Origin: Planctomycetota bacterium
Lineage (GTDB): Bacteria > Planctomycetota > PLA2 > JAEUHO01
Assembly: GCA_050248855.1 (NCBI GenBank)
Contig: JBFWRP010000038.1
Coordinates: 1 to 38,439, forward strand
Length of the DNA stretch: 38,439 nucleotides
Direction: 5' to 3'
Below, one piece after another: positions 26,414 through 35,961 of this stretch. The position numbers were made by a program, and so were the translations under genes. The notes under the pieces were generated by a model. It was not told the origin of the DNA. It searched no databases and saw nothing but the letters and a program-made list of their open reading frames with translations. Every line of letters starts with the position of its first letter. Positions within the stretch are counted from its first letter, which is position 1.

Positions 26414-29400
26414 TCAGGGGTTGAGGACCATGTCCCAGGCTTCGGCGACCTGCAGCGACTCGTCAATCTGCTTCGTCGCGTCGAGCGCCCAGGCCTCGTC
26501 AAGTCCCAGCGCGTCGAACTCGACGACGCCGGGGTTGAGTTCGAGGTCCCACGACTCGGTCACCTGCAGCGACTCGGTGAGCGACTTCGTGACCTCCATC
26601 GCCCAGACGTCCATCGCGAGGAAGCGCTCGACGGGCTGGGCGTGGCTCGTTCGCCAGTCCTCGGAGGCCTCCATGCTCTCCTTCGTGAGGAGCGCGTAGC
26701 CGCCCTCGACGACGGCGACCTCGACGCCGATGCCGAGCAGGTTGAGTCCCATGTTAGGCGGCGCGGTGCCGCCGCCAGGCGTGTAGACCGCGGACACGGC
26801 GATGTCGCTGGGCTTGCGAAGCCCCGGGGTGACGTAGCCCCCGGGATAGAGGAACAGGGCCGTCCCTTGGCCGGTGCCGTCTGCCACAGGCACGTTCTGC
26901 GGCGCGCCGGGCGTCGGCGGTCCCCAGGGCGAGGCCTTCCAGGCCACGTCGATCTGGACCTGATACGTGGTCCCGGGCGGGAGCGGCGCGCCCATGCTCG
27001 CCTCTTCGCCGAAGGAGGCCCACAGCCCCACCCGGCCCCGGGCGTAGGGCGGGATCGGGAGCGTGCCGCCGGCGCCGGCCGGGAGTCCCATGCCGGTGGC
27101 GTTCAGCAGCATGCCCTCGTGGTCGAAGCCGAAGGGATTGAGCGCGGGCGTGGGCGTCACCGCGCCAGGGAAGCGGATGTCGGCCGTCATGGCGACGGGG
27201 TCGATTTGCTTGTGGATGACCGAGGCGCTCGCGAGGAACTCGGTGGACCCTCCCGGCCCCGAGGTGTCCCACACGTAGGAGCCCCCGTTCGTGCCACCGC
27301 CGGGGCCCACCTGCGAGACGCGCATCAGCAGCATCTCGGGCGTGCGCACGCGCCAGAGCATCTCGGCGTCGGCACCGAGGTCGTTCATGGGGCCCTGGAA
27401 CACGAGTCCGCCGGGATCCTCGAAGGACTGCGGCACCGGGCGAAGCCACGGGTTGGCCGCGCCTGCCACGCGCATGAACGAAGCGAGGTCAGCGGGCACG
27501 CCATCCGGGTAGCCGTCGCCGACGTCGCCCGGTGCCAGGAGCGCCTCGGTCACCTGGTCCTGCACACGCCCAAGCGCACGCGCGAGCTCGCGGGCCATCC
27601 CGAGCAGCTGGTGCTGTGTCGAACCGTGGCCCAACATCGATAGCGGCGCGCGCTGGTTCGGGAGGCTCCGGGCGCTCGTGAACGTCGTCCAGGGCCCCGT
27701 AGGCGCGCCGTCGGCACCGAGCGCGGAGTACTCGACACCGGGCGGGCCGTCGTACCCCATGGCCCCGTCCTCGCGCTTTCGGAACGCGAAGCCGCCCCGG
27801 CGGAAGATCTCGCGCGGCGGGCGGCCGTCGAGCGCGGCATTGGTCACGATTTGCCCGCCGTAGCGGCCCCGGTCGCCGTTGTTGCCAACGGCCGGTCCCT
27901 GGAACGGGATGTCGGGGTTCGCGTGCGAACGCAGCACGGGCCCGTCGATGGCCTGCTTCGCGGCCGTCCCGTCGCGCCCGGGCACGGCGATGTTGGCGCC
28001 CGGGTTGTCCGCGTGCGGCCCGATCGAGAGCTCCTCGTCGAGCCAGGTGCGCAGCCCTTGGTGCGTGATGTTGCGGACCTTGTCGGCTTCGTCCTGCTCG
28101 ACGGAGACGACGCGGCGCACCTGCTCGTTGATGATCGTGACGTCGCAGGCGTCGATCGGGCCCTTCTGCACGCCGCCGATCCGGTCCTCCGGCTTCGTCA
28201 GCAGGCAGTTCCGGAAGTCCTCGACGTCCTTGATCATGCGCGCGGCCTTCTTCAGCACGCGCGCCTCACTGAAGGCCTTCGAGATGTCGATCCCCTCGAA
28301 GGCCATCCAGCCGCTCGCCGTCCCCGCCTCGAGCACGGTCCGGTTCCCGAGCACGTCCCAGGTGACCTTGAAGACCTGGAGGTCGGACGATGCCTCGAAC
28401 TGCGTCGCGCGCAGCGCCGAGGAGAGCGTGATGCGCTTGCTCATCCCAGCCCAGCGCGAGGTCGAGGCGGGCTGCATCGCGTCCGGGGGCGCCGCCTTCC
28501 AGGGCGTGGCGATCCCGACCTCGAAGAGGTACTGCTTCTGGCTCTTGACGTCGAGGATGGCCTTCGCGGCCTTGCGAAGCCCAGGCTCCTGCTCCATGTC
28601 CACGAAGTCGGGGTCGTCCACGATGTAGGTCTGCGTGCAACGCCAGTCGTCGTCGTAGGGCTCGCCGGCGCCGTCCCACACCGCCGGGTCGTCGCTGAAC
28701 GCAGGCCCGTGGAACGCGGGACGGTCGTCCACATCGGGCGGCTCGGCAAACCACGCTGCCTCGGCCTCCGTGACGGGGACCTCGATCTCGATGTCCACGA
28801 GCGGCATCTGCGAGGGGCGGTTCGTGTTGCCGGGGACGCACGAGCTCGTGGGCGGCGAGCCCCCGGCGGGCGGGAGGAAGTTCACGAGCCCGATCGAGGG
28901 CTTGGGCTTCTCCGAGATCTTGATCGTCGTGTCGCACCAACCCGCGCTTCGCTGCATCTGGTTCGGGACGTTCACCCGGTACTGGTACTCCTCCGAGTGG
29001 ACGATCCCGTCCTCGCCCGTCGTGTACGCGGTGGCCCGGCCGCAGAAGCCGTGCTGCCAGAGGTTGTTGATCTTGAGCCCCGACGCCGCGCTCGGGTAGC
29101 CGCAGATGTAGGTGGGCCCCGCGTAGTAGAAGCCGCGCCCCACGCCCTGCGCGGAGAGCTCGGCGAGCGCGTCCTTGGAGAGCAGGTTCAGGTTGTATTG
29201 GCTCCCCGCAGGGGGCGGCGTGCCTCCTCCCCACAAGGGCGGCGAGAGCCAGAAGCGCGTGCTCGAGTGCGTGACCACGAGGCGCAGGTGCCCGTCGTCG
29301 TTCGTGCAGGTCGCGCCGCGGAAGTCGTCCTGGTCGAAGAGGCCCGTGGGGACATCGAAGTAGGGCCGCGTGAATCCGTCCGGGGCCACGCCCACCCCGG

Positions 29401-30994
29401 CGAGCAGGATCTTCCCCACGGCCAGCGTCTTGTTGCGCTTGGTCTTCCCGTACTTCTCCTCCTGCTCCTTCGTCCAGACGGGCTTCAAGGACCCGTCGCT
29501 GAGGCGCAGCTTCACGGACTCGGCATCGGCCTTCCGCGTCCCGCGCCACTCCACGCGCGTGTAGGCCTTGTCCCGGTCGGGCTTCACCTTGAACGTCACC
29601 CACTCGGAGGTGAACGACACGTCCTCGCCCGTGAGCGTCGTCACGTCGCGGAAGTGCCATTTGAGATCGGCGGGGTCCACCCACACCACGAACTTGTGCC
29701 CCATGAAGCGGAGCAGCGTGTCGACCATCACGGGGAACTGCCCCGAGGCGACGACGTCGGGGATCTCGGCGTCCAGAAGATCGAGCTCGGTCGAGACGAA
29801 GGCGTCGCCCGTCGGCGGCGCGCAGCCGTAGAACCTGAGCAGCGCGGCGTTCTGCTCGAACTGGTGCCGGAGGACCTGGCCGATCGTCTTGCCCGTGAGC
29901 TCGCCGTCGTACTCGTCGCTCTCCGTGTCGGTGACGTTGTAGTAGTAGGCCCCCACCTTGTCGGGCCGAAGCAGCGTGACGAGCCTCGCGTTCCAGTGGG
30001 CGTCGTAGCAGTGCCAGTCCTGGGACTCGGTCGGGTCCGCGGAGAGCTGGCCGTCGGCGACCCACCCACGGAACCGGACCGCGCCGTCGTGGAGCACGCG
30101 CACGGTCTGCCCCGGGAACAGCAGCGCGGTCTGGCGGTAGTCCCCAGAAACCCGGAACGTGGCGCTGTTCGACTTCTGCCCGTAGCCCTGCGTCACGCGC
30201 ACGAGGTCGATCCGCGGCGTCATCGAGGAGAGTTCGTCCAGCGCGTAGAGGGTGTTGCCGATCTCGACCTGCCACCCGGCGCCGGGTGCGGGCGGCGGGC
30301 CCGAGGGGTTCCACTCATCCGCGAGGTCGTAGCAGGCCAGGTTGTCCACGCGCACGTCGTCGCCGTAGACCTGGTCGTGGAGCTCGACTCCGGACGTGTG
30401 CAGCCCCCGCAGCATGCCGACGTCCCCGGTCCACGAGAGCCGAAGCGTCCCGCGCGAGGCGGTCGTCTGCGTGCCGACGTAGACCTCGACCTTCGTGTCG
30501 TCGCCTCCCGCGAGGTCCTCGACGCGCACGGCCCACTCGACGCCAGCGTTGAGTTGCGTCGCGCTGACGTCCGCCCCGCTGTACGTGGGCCCAAGCTGCG
30601 TGGCGACGCCGTTCACGACCTTGAAGAGCCGCAGTTCCGGATTCGCCGTTCCCATGGACCGCAGCCGCGCCACGAGGCAGTTCTTCGGATCCACGTAGCG
30701 CACGACGATCCCGACCTCGCGCCGACCCGCGAACCCGGCGTTCTTCCACTTGGCCCACAAGGCCGTGCGGTGCGCCTGGCGCCCGGGCGAGGCCGTGCTC
30801 TTCGCGCGCCAGGTGACGCCGCCGATCGTGCGCGAGGGAAGCCCGCGCCCGTGGCCGTCAACGACCGGGCGCGTGCGGCCGAGCGCGTTCACGTCACCGC
30901 TCGCGGGGAACGTGAACCCCGGCCACACGACGTTGAAGTCCGGGTAGCCGGCGCCGTCGAAGGTGTGCTGGAAGAGGAGGTTCGCGGCCGGCAC
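26414..30994 (-). CDS. Large phage tail tip / host-recognition protein (about 1526 aa)
   Basis: GTG start with GGGAG RBS, 2 bp after the upstream stop. Beta-rich N-terminus, hub-like segment (VRV....VRFRGWV), C-terminal ESLQV.E.W repeats. Confidence 0.75.
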   Translation of the reverse strand: MPAANLLFQHTFDGAGYPDFNVVWPGFTFPASGDVNALGRTRPVVDGHGRGLPSRTIGGVTWRAKSTASPGRQAHRTALWAKWKNAGFAGRREVGIVVRYVDPKNCLVARLRSMGTANPELRLFKVVNGVATQLGPTYSGADVSATQLNAGVEWAVRVEDLAGGDDTKVEVYVGTQTTASRGTLRLSWTGDVGMLRGLHTSGVELHDQVYGDDVRVDNLACYDLADEWNPSGPPPAPGAGWQVEIGNTLYALDELSSMTPRIDLVRVTQGYGQKSNSATFRVSGDYRQTALLFPGQTVRVLHDGAVRFRGWVADGQLSADPTESQDWHCYDAHWNARLVTLLRPDKVGAYYYNVTDTESDEYDGELTGKTIGQVLRHQFEQNAALLRFYGCAPPTGDAFVSTELDLLDAEIPDVVASGQFPVMVDTLLRFMGHKFVVWVDPADLKWHFRDVTTLTGEDVSFTSEWVTFKVKPDRDKAYTRVEWRGTRKADAESVKLRLSDGSLKPVWTKEQEEKYGKTKRNKTLAVGKILLAGVGVAPDGFTRPYFDVPTGLFDQDDFRGATCTNDDGHLRLVVTHSSTRFWLSPPLWGGGTPPPAGSQYNLNLLSKDALAELSAQGVGRGFYYAGPTYICGYPSAASGLKINNLWQHGFCGRATAYTTGEDGIVHSEEYQYRVNVPNQMQRSAGWCDTTIKISEKPKPSIGLVNFLPPAGGSPPTSSCVPGNTNRPSQMPLVDIEIEVPVTEAEAAWFAEPPDVDDRPAFHGPAFSDDPAVWDGAGEPYDDDWRCTQTYIVDDPDFVDMEQEPGLRKAAKAILDVKSQKQYLFEVGIATPWKAAPPDAMQPASTSRWAGMSKRITLSSALRATQFEASSDLQVFKVTWDVLGNRTVLEAGTASGWMAFEGIDISKAFSEARVLKKAARMIKDVEDFRNCLLTKPEDRIGGVQKGPIDACDVTIINEQVRRVVSVEQDEADKVRNITHQGLRTWLDEELSIGPHADNPGANIAVPGRDGTAAKQAIDGPVLRSHANPDIPFQGPAVGNNGDRGRYGGQIVTNAALDGRPPREIFRRGGFAFRKREDGAMGYDGPPGVEYSALGADGAPTGPWTTFTSARSLPNQRAPLSMLGHGSTQHQLLGMARELARALGRVQDQVTEALLAPGDVGDGYPDGVPADLASFMRVAGAANPWLRPVPQSFEDPGGLVFQGPMNDLGADAEMLWRVRTPEMLLMRVSQVGPGGGTNGGSYVWDTSGPGGSTEFLASASVIHKQIDPVAMTADIRFPGAVTPTPALNPFGFDHEGMLLNATGMGLPAGAGGTLPIPPYARGRVGLWASFGEEASMGAPLPPGTTYQVQIDVAWKASPWGPPTPGAPQNVPVADGTGQGTALFLYPGGYVTPGLRKPSDIAVSAVYTPGGGTAPPNMGLNLLGIGVEVAVVEGGYALLTKESMEASEDWRTSHAQPVERFLAMDVWAMEVTKSLTESLQVTESWDLELNPGVVEFDALGLDEAWALDATKQIDESLQVAEAWDMVLNP

Positions 30995-30996
30995 GG

Positions 30997-31659
30997 TCAG
31001 CTCCCGACCGCCGCGAGCGTGCGGGCGTAGCTGGAGGCGCCCGAGCCCCGGAACGTGTAGCCGACCTCCTTCGCCCACCATCCCATCTCGTTCTTGGGCT
31101 CGAAGTCCCGCCAGACCATGCCGAGCCAGTAGGCCTCGACGAGGAGGATTTCGTCGCCGGCCATGATCGCGTGGAGCGGGATCCCGACCGTGAGCGAGGA
31201 GAGGTCGAAGGCCGTCCCGGTGGCGTTGAGCACCGCGCCGAGCGAGAAGAGCCCGACTCCAGCGCGGCGCACGAGCACGATGTCGCCGTTCACGTACGGG
31301 TGGCCGCCCGCGATCTGGATGAAGGGCGACCCCAGACTCGTCACCACGCGCAGCGTCGTGTCGTCCTCGATCCACACCACGGGGTCGGTGCGGTGGATGC
31401 GGGCCTCCATACTGAGGCGCAGCGCCCGCTTCACGGCGACCCAGCCCTTGCGGGTCTTGGAGTCCGGGTTCGGGAACCCCAGGCACCGGGCTTCGAGATC
31501 GAGGCCCGCGTTCGCGCTCGCGGCGATCACGAGCACGCGCGGCTGGTCGATCCCCTGGAACTCCTGCACGAGCGTGCGGGCGTAGCGCTCCTCGGGCGCG
31601 ATCGCCTCGCGCCAGAGGCGGAAGTCGCCGTAGTAGAGACGTCCCGTCGCCGCGCCCAC
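30997..31659 (-). CDS. Phage tail protein downstream of tape measure, hypothetical
   Basis: Packed 1-2 bp from both neighbours; position typical of distal tail proteins. Confidence 0.65.
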   Translation of the reverse strand: MGAATGRLYYGDFRLWREAIAPEERYARTLVQEFQGIDQPRVLVIAASANAGLDLEARCLGFPNPDSKTRKGWVAVKRALRLSMEARIHRTDPVVWIEDDTTLRVVTSLGSPFIQIAGGHPYVNGDIVLVRRAGVGLFSLGAVLNATGTAFDLSSLTVGIPLHAIMAGDEILLVEAYWLGMVWRDFEPKNEMGWWAKEVGYTFRGSGASSYARTLAAVGS

Positions 31660-31660
31660 G

Positions 31661-33637
31661 TCATGCCGCCTTCTGGAGCTGGTCGAGCGCCTGCTTGAGC
31701 TTCGCCATCTCCGACTTGAGTTCGTTCACGACCTTGACGACCTGGCCGATGCCCGTGACCGCCTCGCCGACGGACGTGCGCACCTGCTCCAGGCCCTGGG
31801 TCGTGTCCGTGAGACCCGTGACGAGTTCCTTCACCGGCGCGTCGAGTTCGCCCGCAGCGTCGGCCGTCTTGCGCGCCCCCTCGGCCGCCTCCTTGGCCGA
31901 CGGCGCGATCGCGCCGAGCGCGTCCGCCGTCTCGCGCGTCGCGGAGGCCGTGTCCTCCAGCGCCTGCGTGGCCTCGCCGCGGTTGTCCCGGGGCGCATCG
32001 CCTGTGGACGTGATCGCAGGGAGCGGCGGCCCCGGAAACGCCGGCGCCGTGGGGCCGCGGTCCCCGCCCCGGCGGTCGTGGGGATGCCCGGGCGCGCCGG
32101 GGGCGTCGTCGTCCTCGCCGCGGCGTCCCTCGTCCATATCGCCCGCGCCGCCTTGCCACTCGGAGAAGGGCCCGCGCTGGTCCAGGCGCCGGCCGCTGCG
32201 GATGCCGCCCAGGCCCGAGAAGCGCCCGTCATGGATCGAGCGGCCCATGCGGCGACCGATGGCTGCGCGTCGGCGCTTCTGCTGGCGCGTCGCGTCACGC
32301 CGTGCCTGCCGCGCCGCGGCGAGGCTCCCCTCGACCAGGTTCCCCTTCTCATCCAAGCGGTCCATGCCGACGCCGGCGTCGTTCAATCTCGCGTCGCGCT
32401 TGGCGGTGCGTGCCTGCGCGGACTTCTGCTTCGCCTCGCGCGCGTCCTCCTCGGCCCAGAAGCGGCGCTGCTCCTGGATCACCTTCATGGCCTCGACGCC
32501 GTACTGCTTGATCAGCTCGATCTCACGCTGGCGGCGCTCCTCGCGCTTGCGAAGCTCGTCGGTGCCAGCGGCCAGCAACGCGCGCTCGCTCCTAAGCTTC
32601 GAGACCTCCTCGTCGGCGGCCTCGGCCAGACGGCGGCGGACCTCGACGCGCTTCTCCTCCTCGCGCTTGGTCTCCTCGGCGGCCCGCTTCTCCTCCTTGG
32701 CCTTCTCCTCCCGGGCCTTCGTCTCCTTCTCGTACTCGATGGCCTGGCGGACGGCTTCGGCCTCCTCGCGCTTGCCCTCGTTGATCAGGTCCTGGATCAG
32801 CTTCTGGCGGCGCTTCATCTCCAGCTGCTCGGAGGAGAGCGTGAGGACCTCGAACTCGCGCCGGGCCTGCTCGACGAGCGCCCGCGTTCGCTCGCGCGCG
32901 GCCTCGGCCTCGCGGCGCTCCATCTCGGCCCGCTGCTCGGCCTCGCGCTTCACGCGCGCCGCGGAGGCCTCGGCCGCCTTCTCGTCCTCCTCCCGGCGGC
33001 GCCGGCGCGCCTCGGCCTCCTGGCGATCCTCCTCGAGCGCCCGGTGCTGGGGGCTCTTCGCGGCGGCCTTGCGGAGCGCGATCCGGTTCTCGATCGAACG
33101 CTGCTCGGCCTTCGAGCGGGCATTGATGAGCTCGATCTCCTCGCGGATCTGCCGCAGGTCCTCGGCCTTCTGCTTGGCGAGCTCGCGTGCGCGCTCGGCG
33201 TTGCGCTTCGCCTCCTCGGCCGCCTTCTCCTGCTCGCGCCGGAGCTTCTCCTGCTCCTCTTTGGCCTTCCGGGACTCGGCGCCGAGGAACGAGAGCGCGC
33301 TCGTGACCGCAGCGATCCCGAGTCCGATCACGCCGCCGCCCGCGAACCCCATGACCATGGTCGAAAGCAGGCCCCCGACCCGGCCCGACGTGGCGCCCGC
33401 CACGTTGGCCAGTTGCAGCAGGCCCGTCGTGGCGTTGCGCCCGCCCGTGGCGAGCACGCCCATGCTCACCTTGCTGCGACGGCCGAGTTCGTCCATCGCA
33501 CGGGAGCCCCTGCGGCTCGTCTCCTCCGCGGCCTGCCCGACCTGGCGCGTGGCCTGGGCGGCGCGCTTCATCCCCTGCTCGAGGTTCGACACCTCGGCCG
33601 TGGCAGTGGCGCGGAGGTTTCGAAGCGTCCCGGCCAT
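31661..33637 (-). CDS. Tape-measure-like protein (658 aa)
   Basis: MAGTLRNL.....A.VS....GM..A N-terminus, Gly-rich hydrophobic segment, long charged coiled coil; located in the tail module. Confidence 0.75.
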   Translation of the reverse strand: MAGTLRNLRATATAEVSNLEQGMKRAAQATRQVGQAAEETSRRGSRAMDELGRRSKVSMGVLATGGRNATTGLLQLANVAGATSGRVGGLLSTMVMGFAGGGVIGLGIAAVTSALSFLGAESRKAKEEQEKLRREQEKAAEEAKRNAERARELAKQKAEDLRQIREEIELINARSKAEQRSIENRIALRKAAAKSPQHRALEEDRQEAEARRRRREEDEKAAEASAARVKREAEQRAEMERREAEAARERTRALVEQARREFEVLTLSSEQLEMKRRQKLIQDLINEGKREEAEAVRQAIEYEKETKAREEKAKEEKRAAEETKREEEKRVEVRRRLAEAADEEVSKLRSERALLAAGTDELRKREERRQREIELIKQYGVEAMKVIQEQRRFWAEEDAREAKQKSAQARTAKRDARLNDAGVGMDRLDEKGNLVEGSLAAARQARRDATRQQKRRRAAIGRRMGRSIHDGRFSGLGGIRSGRRLDQRGPFSEWQGGAGDMDEGRRGEDDDAPGAPGHPHDRRGGDRGPTAPAFPGPPLPAITSTGDAPRDNRGEATQALEDTASATRETADALGAIAPSAKEAAEGARKTADAAGELDAPVKELVTGLTDTTQGLEQVRTSVGEAVTGIGQVVKVVNELKSEMAKLKQALDQLQKAA

Positions 33638-33640
33638 GGG

Positions 33641-34153
33641 TCAGTCCCCGCCCTCATCGAGGGACTCGGCGGCCTTGGCCTTCTGGTAGATCAGCTCCAT
33701 GCGCCGGCCGACCTCGGCCTCGATGGCGGCCAGGGCCTGCTCCTTCACGGCGTCGAAGCCCGCACGGATGAAGGACTTCGGCGGGACGACGAACGTGCCG
33801 TTCTTCGTCTTGCGGACGTAGCCGAGCTCGATGTGCGCGGGGTGCCAGCCCTCGCGCCGGTCGGGCTTCGGGTTCTTCGGCTGCTTCCTGGGTGCGAGGA
33901 CCCCCTTGTCCACGAACACGGCGACGCCGATGCGCTTCCTGGACCGGCGGCTCGCGCGCAGCTTGATCGACTTGCGGAGATTCCCCGTCTTCCGCGGCAC
34001 GCGCGCCTTGATGGCGGCGAGGATTACCTTCCCCCCGGCACGCAGCGCCGGGCGGAAGACCTGCTTCTGGGCGCCGAGGGCCAGCGCGTTGAACGCCGCC
34101 TCCAGCTCCTTGTCGCCCGCGAAGGTCACGACCATGGACTTGGACGTGCTCAC
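33641..34153 (-). CDS. HK97 gp10-like tail completion protein
   Basis: G.KEL...F..L, RPALRAG, P.KTGNLRKSI, HIELG, PPKSFIR.GFD. Confidence 0.85.
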   Translation of the reverse strand: MSTSKSMVVTFAGDKELEAAFNALALGAQKQVFRPALRAGGKVILAAIKARVPRKTGNLRKSIKLRASRRSRKRIGVAVFVDKGVLAPRKQPKNPKPDRREGWHPAHIELGYVRKTKNGTFVVPPKSFIRAGFDAVKEQALAAIEAEVGRRMELIYQKAKAAESLDEGGD

Positions 34154-34154
34154 G

Positions 34155-34421
34155 TCACCCTCCCCGACTCGTGTTCACGCGGTCGGCGAAGGAGAGCAGC
34201 CGCTGCCAGGACACCTCGGGGTCGTCGCCCGGCCGCGAGGCTCGCGCGCGCGGACGTGCGGGCTCCAGTCGCTCGCCACCGTCCAGCCACCGGAAGTACG
34301 CGTCCCATTCGGAGACCTCCCGGGAGCTGAGCTGCCCGAGCAGCAGACGCGGGCTCGCTACGTGGAGCTCGCGGCAGAGTCGGAGGAGGAGTCGCCGCCA
34401 GGGGTCGCTACGGATTTTCCC
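34155..34421 (-). CDS. Tail assembly chaperone C-terminal (T) segment reached by -1 frameshift
   Basis: The -1 frame after GGGAAAA reads IRSDPWRRLLLRLCRELH...LSSREVSEWDAYF. No own start codon or RBS; the frame ends 1 bp before the next gene. Confidence 0.75.
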   Translation of the reverse strand, partial: GKIRSDPWRRLLLRLCRELHVASPRLLLGQLSSREVSEWDAYFRWLDGGERLEPARPRARASRPGDDPEVSWQRLLSFADRVNTSRGG

Positions 34422-34783
34422 AGGAGCGCCGTGACCTCCTCCTCGCTCACGGCCGAGAGGCGGTCCACGACGCGGTAGAGCCGGTCGAGCACGCGCGCGT
34501 CCTTCTGCGCGAGGACCTCGACGTCCTCCAGGCGGAAGAGCGGAGACCCTTGCGCGTCGCGCGCGGCGCGCACCACGGCACGGGCGTGGAGGCGCTTTCG
34601 GCCTGCGCCGGGGGCGAAGTCGCCCGCGGCTGCGAGCTCGGTGCTCTCCTCCTCCAGGGCGTCTCGCTGGTCGGCGGTGAGCGGGTGGACGTGGACCACG
34701 ACCCCCTCGCCCCACTCCGGGCAGGGGACCGCGACGGGCGAGAGGCCCGGGGACTGGAGGATCTGGTCACGCAGCGTTTTCAT
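34358..34783 (-). CDS. Tail assembly chaperone (G-like)
   Basis: V.CPEWG...V.V..LTA..RD, D..G.PLF...DV..L; directly follows the tail tube gene. Confidence 0.82.
   Translation of the reverse strand: MKTLRDQILQSPGLSPVAVPCPEWGEGVVVHVHPLTADQRDALEEESTELAAAGDFAPGAGRKRLHARAVVRAARDAQGSPLFRLEDVEVLAQKDARVLDRLYRVVDRLSAVSEEEVTALLGKSVATPGGDSSSDSAASST
34415..34421 (-). other. Programmed -1 ribosomal frameshift slippery site G GGA AAA
   Basis: In-frame CTG GGA AAA fits X XXY YYZ; lambda G-T uses G GGA AAG. Confidence 0.8.
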
Positions 34784-34785
34784 GG

Positions 34786-35223
34786 TCAGGCGGCCTTCAC
34801 GACGTTGAGGAGGCCCGTGAACTTGACCGTCAAGGTCGCGGTCATCTTGGCCCCCAGGTTCATCTCCGCACCCCACTCCTGCAGCCACCCCTGGCCGACG
34901 AGGCGCGCCGCGGACACGGCACCCTTGGGCAGCCGGTACGTGACGTCGATCTCCTCGGGGTCGTCGGGGTCCGTGCGCTTCGGAGGGTTGCTCGGGTCGT
35001 AGTGGACCTGGAGTTGGAGCTGCCCCGGGTCCTCCAGCGGATCGACGATGAACGTCTTCCCGCCGATCTCGTCCTCGCCCGGTTCGGGCGTGCCCATGTG
35101 GCTCGTCTCGATCAGCGCCCGAGCGATCCCGGAGTGCGAGACGGAGAGGATGTCGGCCACGAAGCCGCTCTTCCCGAAGGCGATCTTGAGGCCGTTGGCG
35201 ACGCTGACGAACTTGTTGCTCAT
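34786..35223 (-). CDS. Major tail tube protein
   Basis: IETSHM, KTFI...EDPGQL....YDP, MTATLTVKFTG; lies between the terminator and chaperone genes. Confidence 0.8.
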   Translation of the reverse strand: MSNKFVSVANGLKIAFGKSGFVADILSVSHSGIARALIETSHMGTPEPGEDEIGGKTFIVDPLEDPGQLQLQVHYDPSNPPKRTDPDDPEEIDVTYRLPKGAVSAARLVGQGWLQEWGAEMNLGAKMTATLTVKFTGLLNVVKAA

Positions 35224-35227
35224 GGGA

Positions 35228-35638
35228 CTACCTCACGGGCTCGCGGCCGTGCCAGACCTCGAAGTCCAGACGCCGCACGAAGAGCCGCCGCTCGCTGCCG
35301 TCCGACGCCGTCTCGATGTCGTCGGCCTCGTCGGGGCTACCGACCTCGACGTCCTCCGTGCCCATGGGGCCCGAGTAGCGGGAGAGGCACGCACGCAGCG
35401 CGGCGCCGACATCGTTGCGCTCGCGGTTCGAGGATGCGACGACGGTGAACTGGAACGTGGGGCTCCCGATCGCAGCCTCGCCGCCCAGGTGGTCGTGGGG
35501 CGGGTTCGAGATGCGCGAGCGCAGCACGTAGGGCACCACGGCCGAGGCCGGGGCGAACTCGGGGAAGATCCGCTCGCCCACGTGCTTCTTGAGTGCCGCG
35601 TCCGAGAGGCAGTGGTCCTGGAGGGCTTCGTCGATCAC
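35228..35638 (-). CDS. Tail terminator (DUF3168-like)
   Basis: GTGA-coupled start. L.D.AL...VG.RIFP..AP....PYV...IS and FQF.V motifs. Confidence 0.8.
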   Translation of the reverse strand: MIDEALQDHCLSDAALKKHVGERIFPEFAPASAVVPYVLRSRISNPPHDHLGGEAAIGSPTFQFTVVASSNRERNDVGAALRACLSRYSGPMGTEDVEVGSPDEADDIETASDGSERRLFVRRLDFEVWHGREPVR

Positions 35639-35961
35639 GCCGCCACCTCCTCGGCGAGCACGATGGTCTCGTCGTTCCCCTCGTCGGTGGTCAGCACGGA
35701 GTGGACGTGCAGCGCGCGGCCCTCGTCGAACACGAGGCGGTCGCGCGCCTGGAGCGTGGGGTGGTAGCGCAGCGTTACCCGGTGCGTGACGCGGGGCTCC
35801 TGGCGCTGGGCGAGCTCGAGCTTGCGTCCCGAGAGCGGCTCGACCTTGCCCCAGGCGACCCCGCGGGGATCCCACTCGGTTGCGACGCCGCCGTCGAGTT
35901 CGCGGGACTCGACCGCGACCTCGTGGACCAGCAGGTGGCGAAGCTCTCCGAGGCGCATCAC
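35635..35961 (-). CDS. Head closure / head-tail joining protein (SPP1 gp16-like)
   Basis: MR.GELRH, W.KVEPLSGR, THRVTLRY, R.VF. Confidence 0.85.
   Translation of the reverse strand: MMRLGELRHLLVHEVAVESRELDGGVATEWDPRGVAWGKVEPLSGRKLELAQRQEPRVTHRVTLRYHPTLQARDRLVFDEGRALHVHSVLTTDEGNDETIVLAEEVAA

Noticed and set aside
27851..31030. 1059-aa plus-strand ORF, and similar long ORFs at 16757-19033, 31695-33689 and 32078-34330
   Set aside because: Antisense shadows of real genes in high-GC DNA, with no recognisable motifs.
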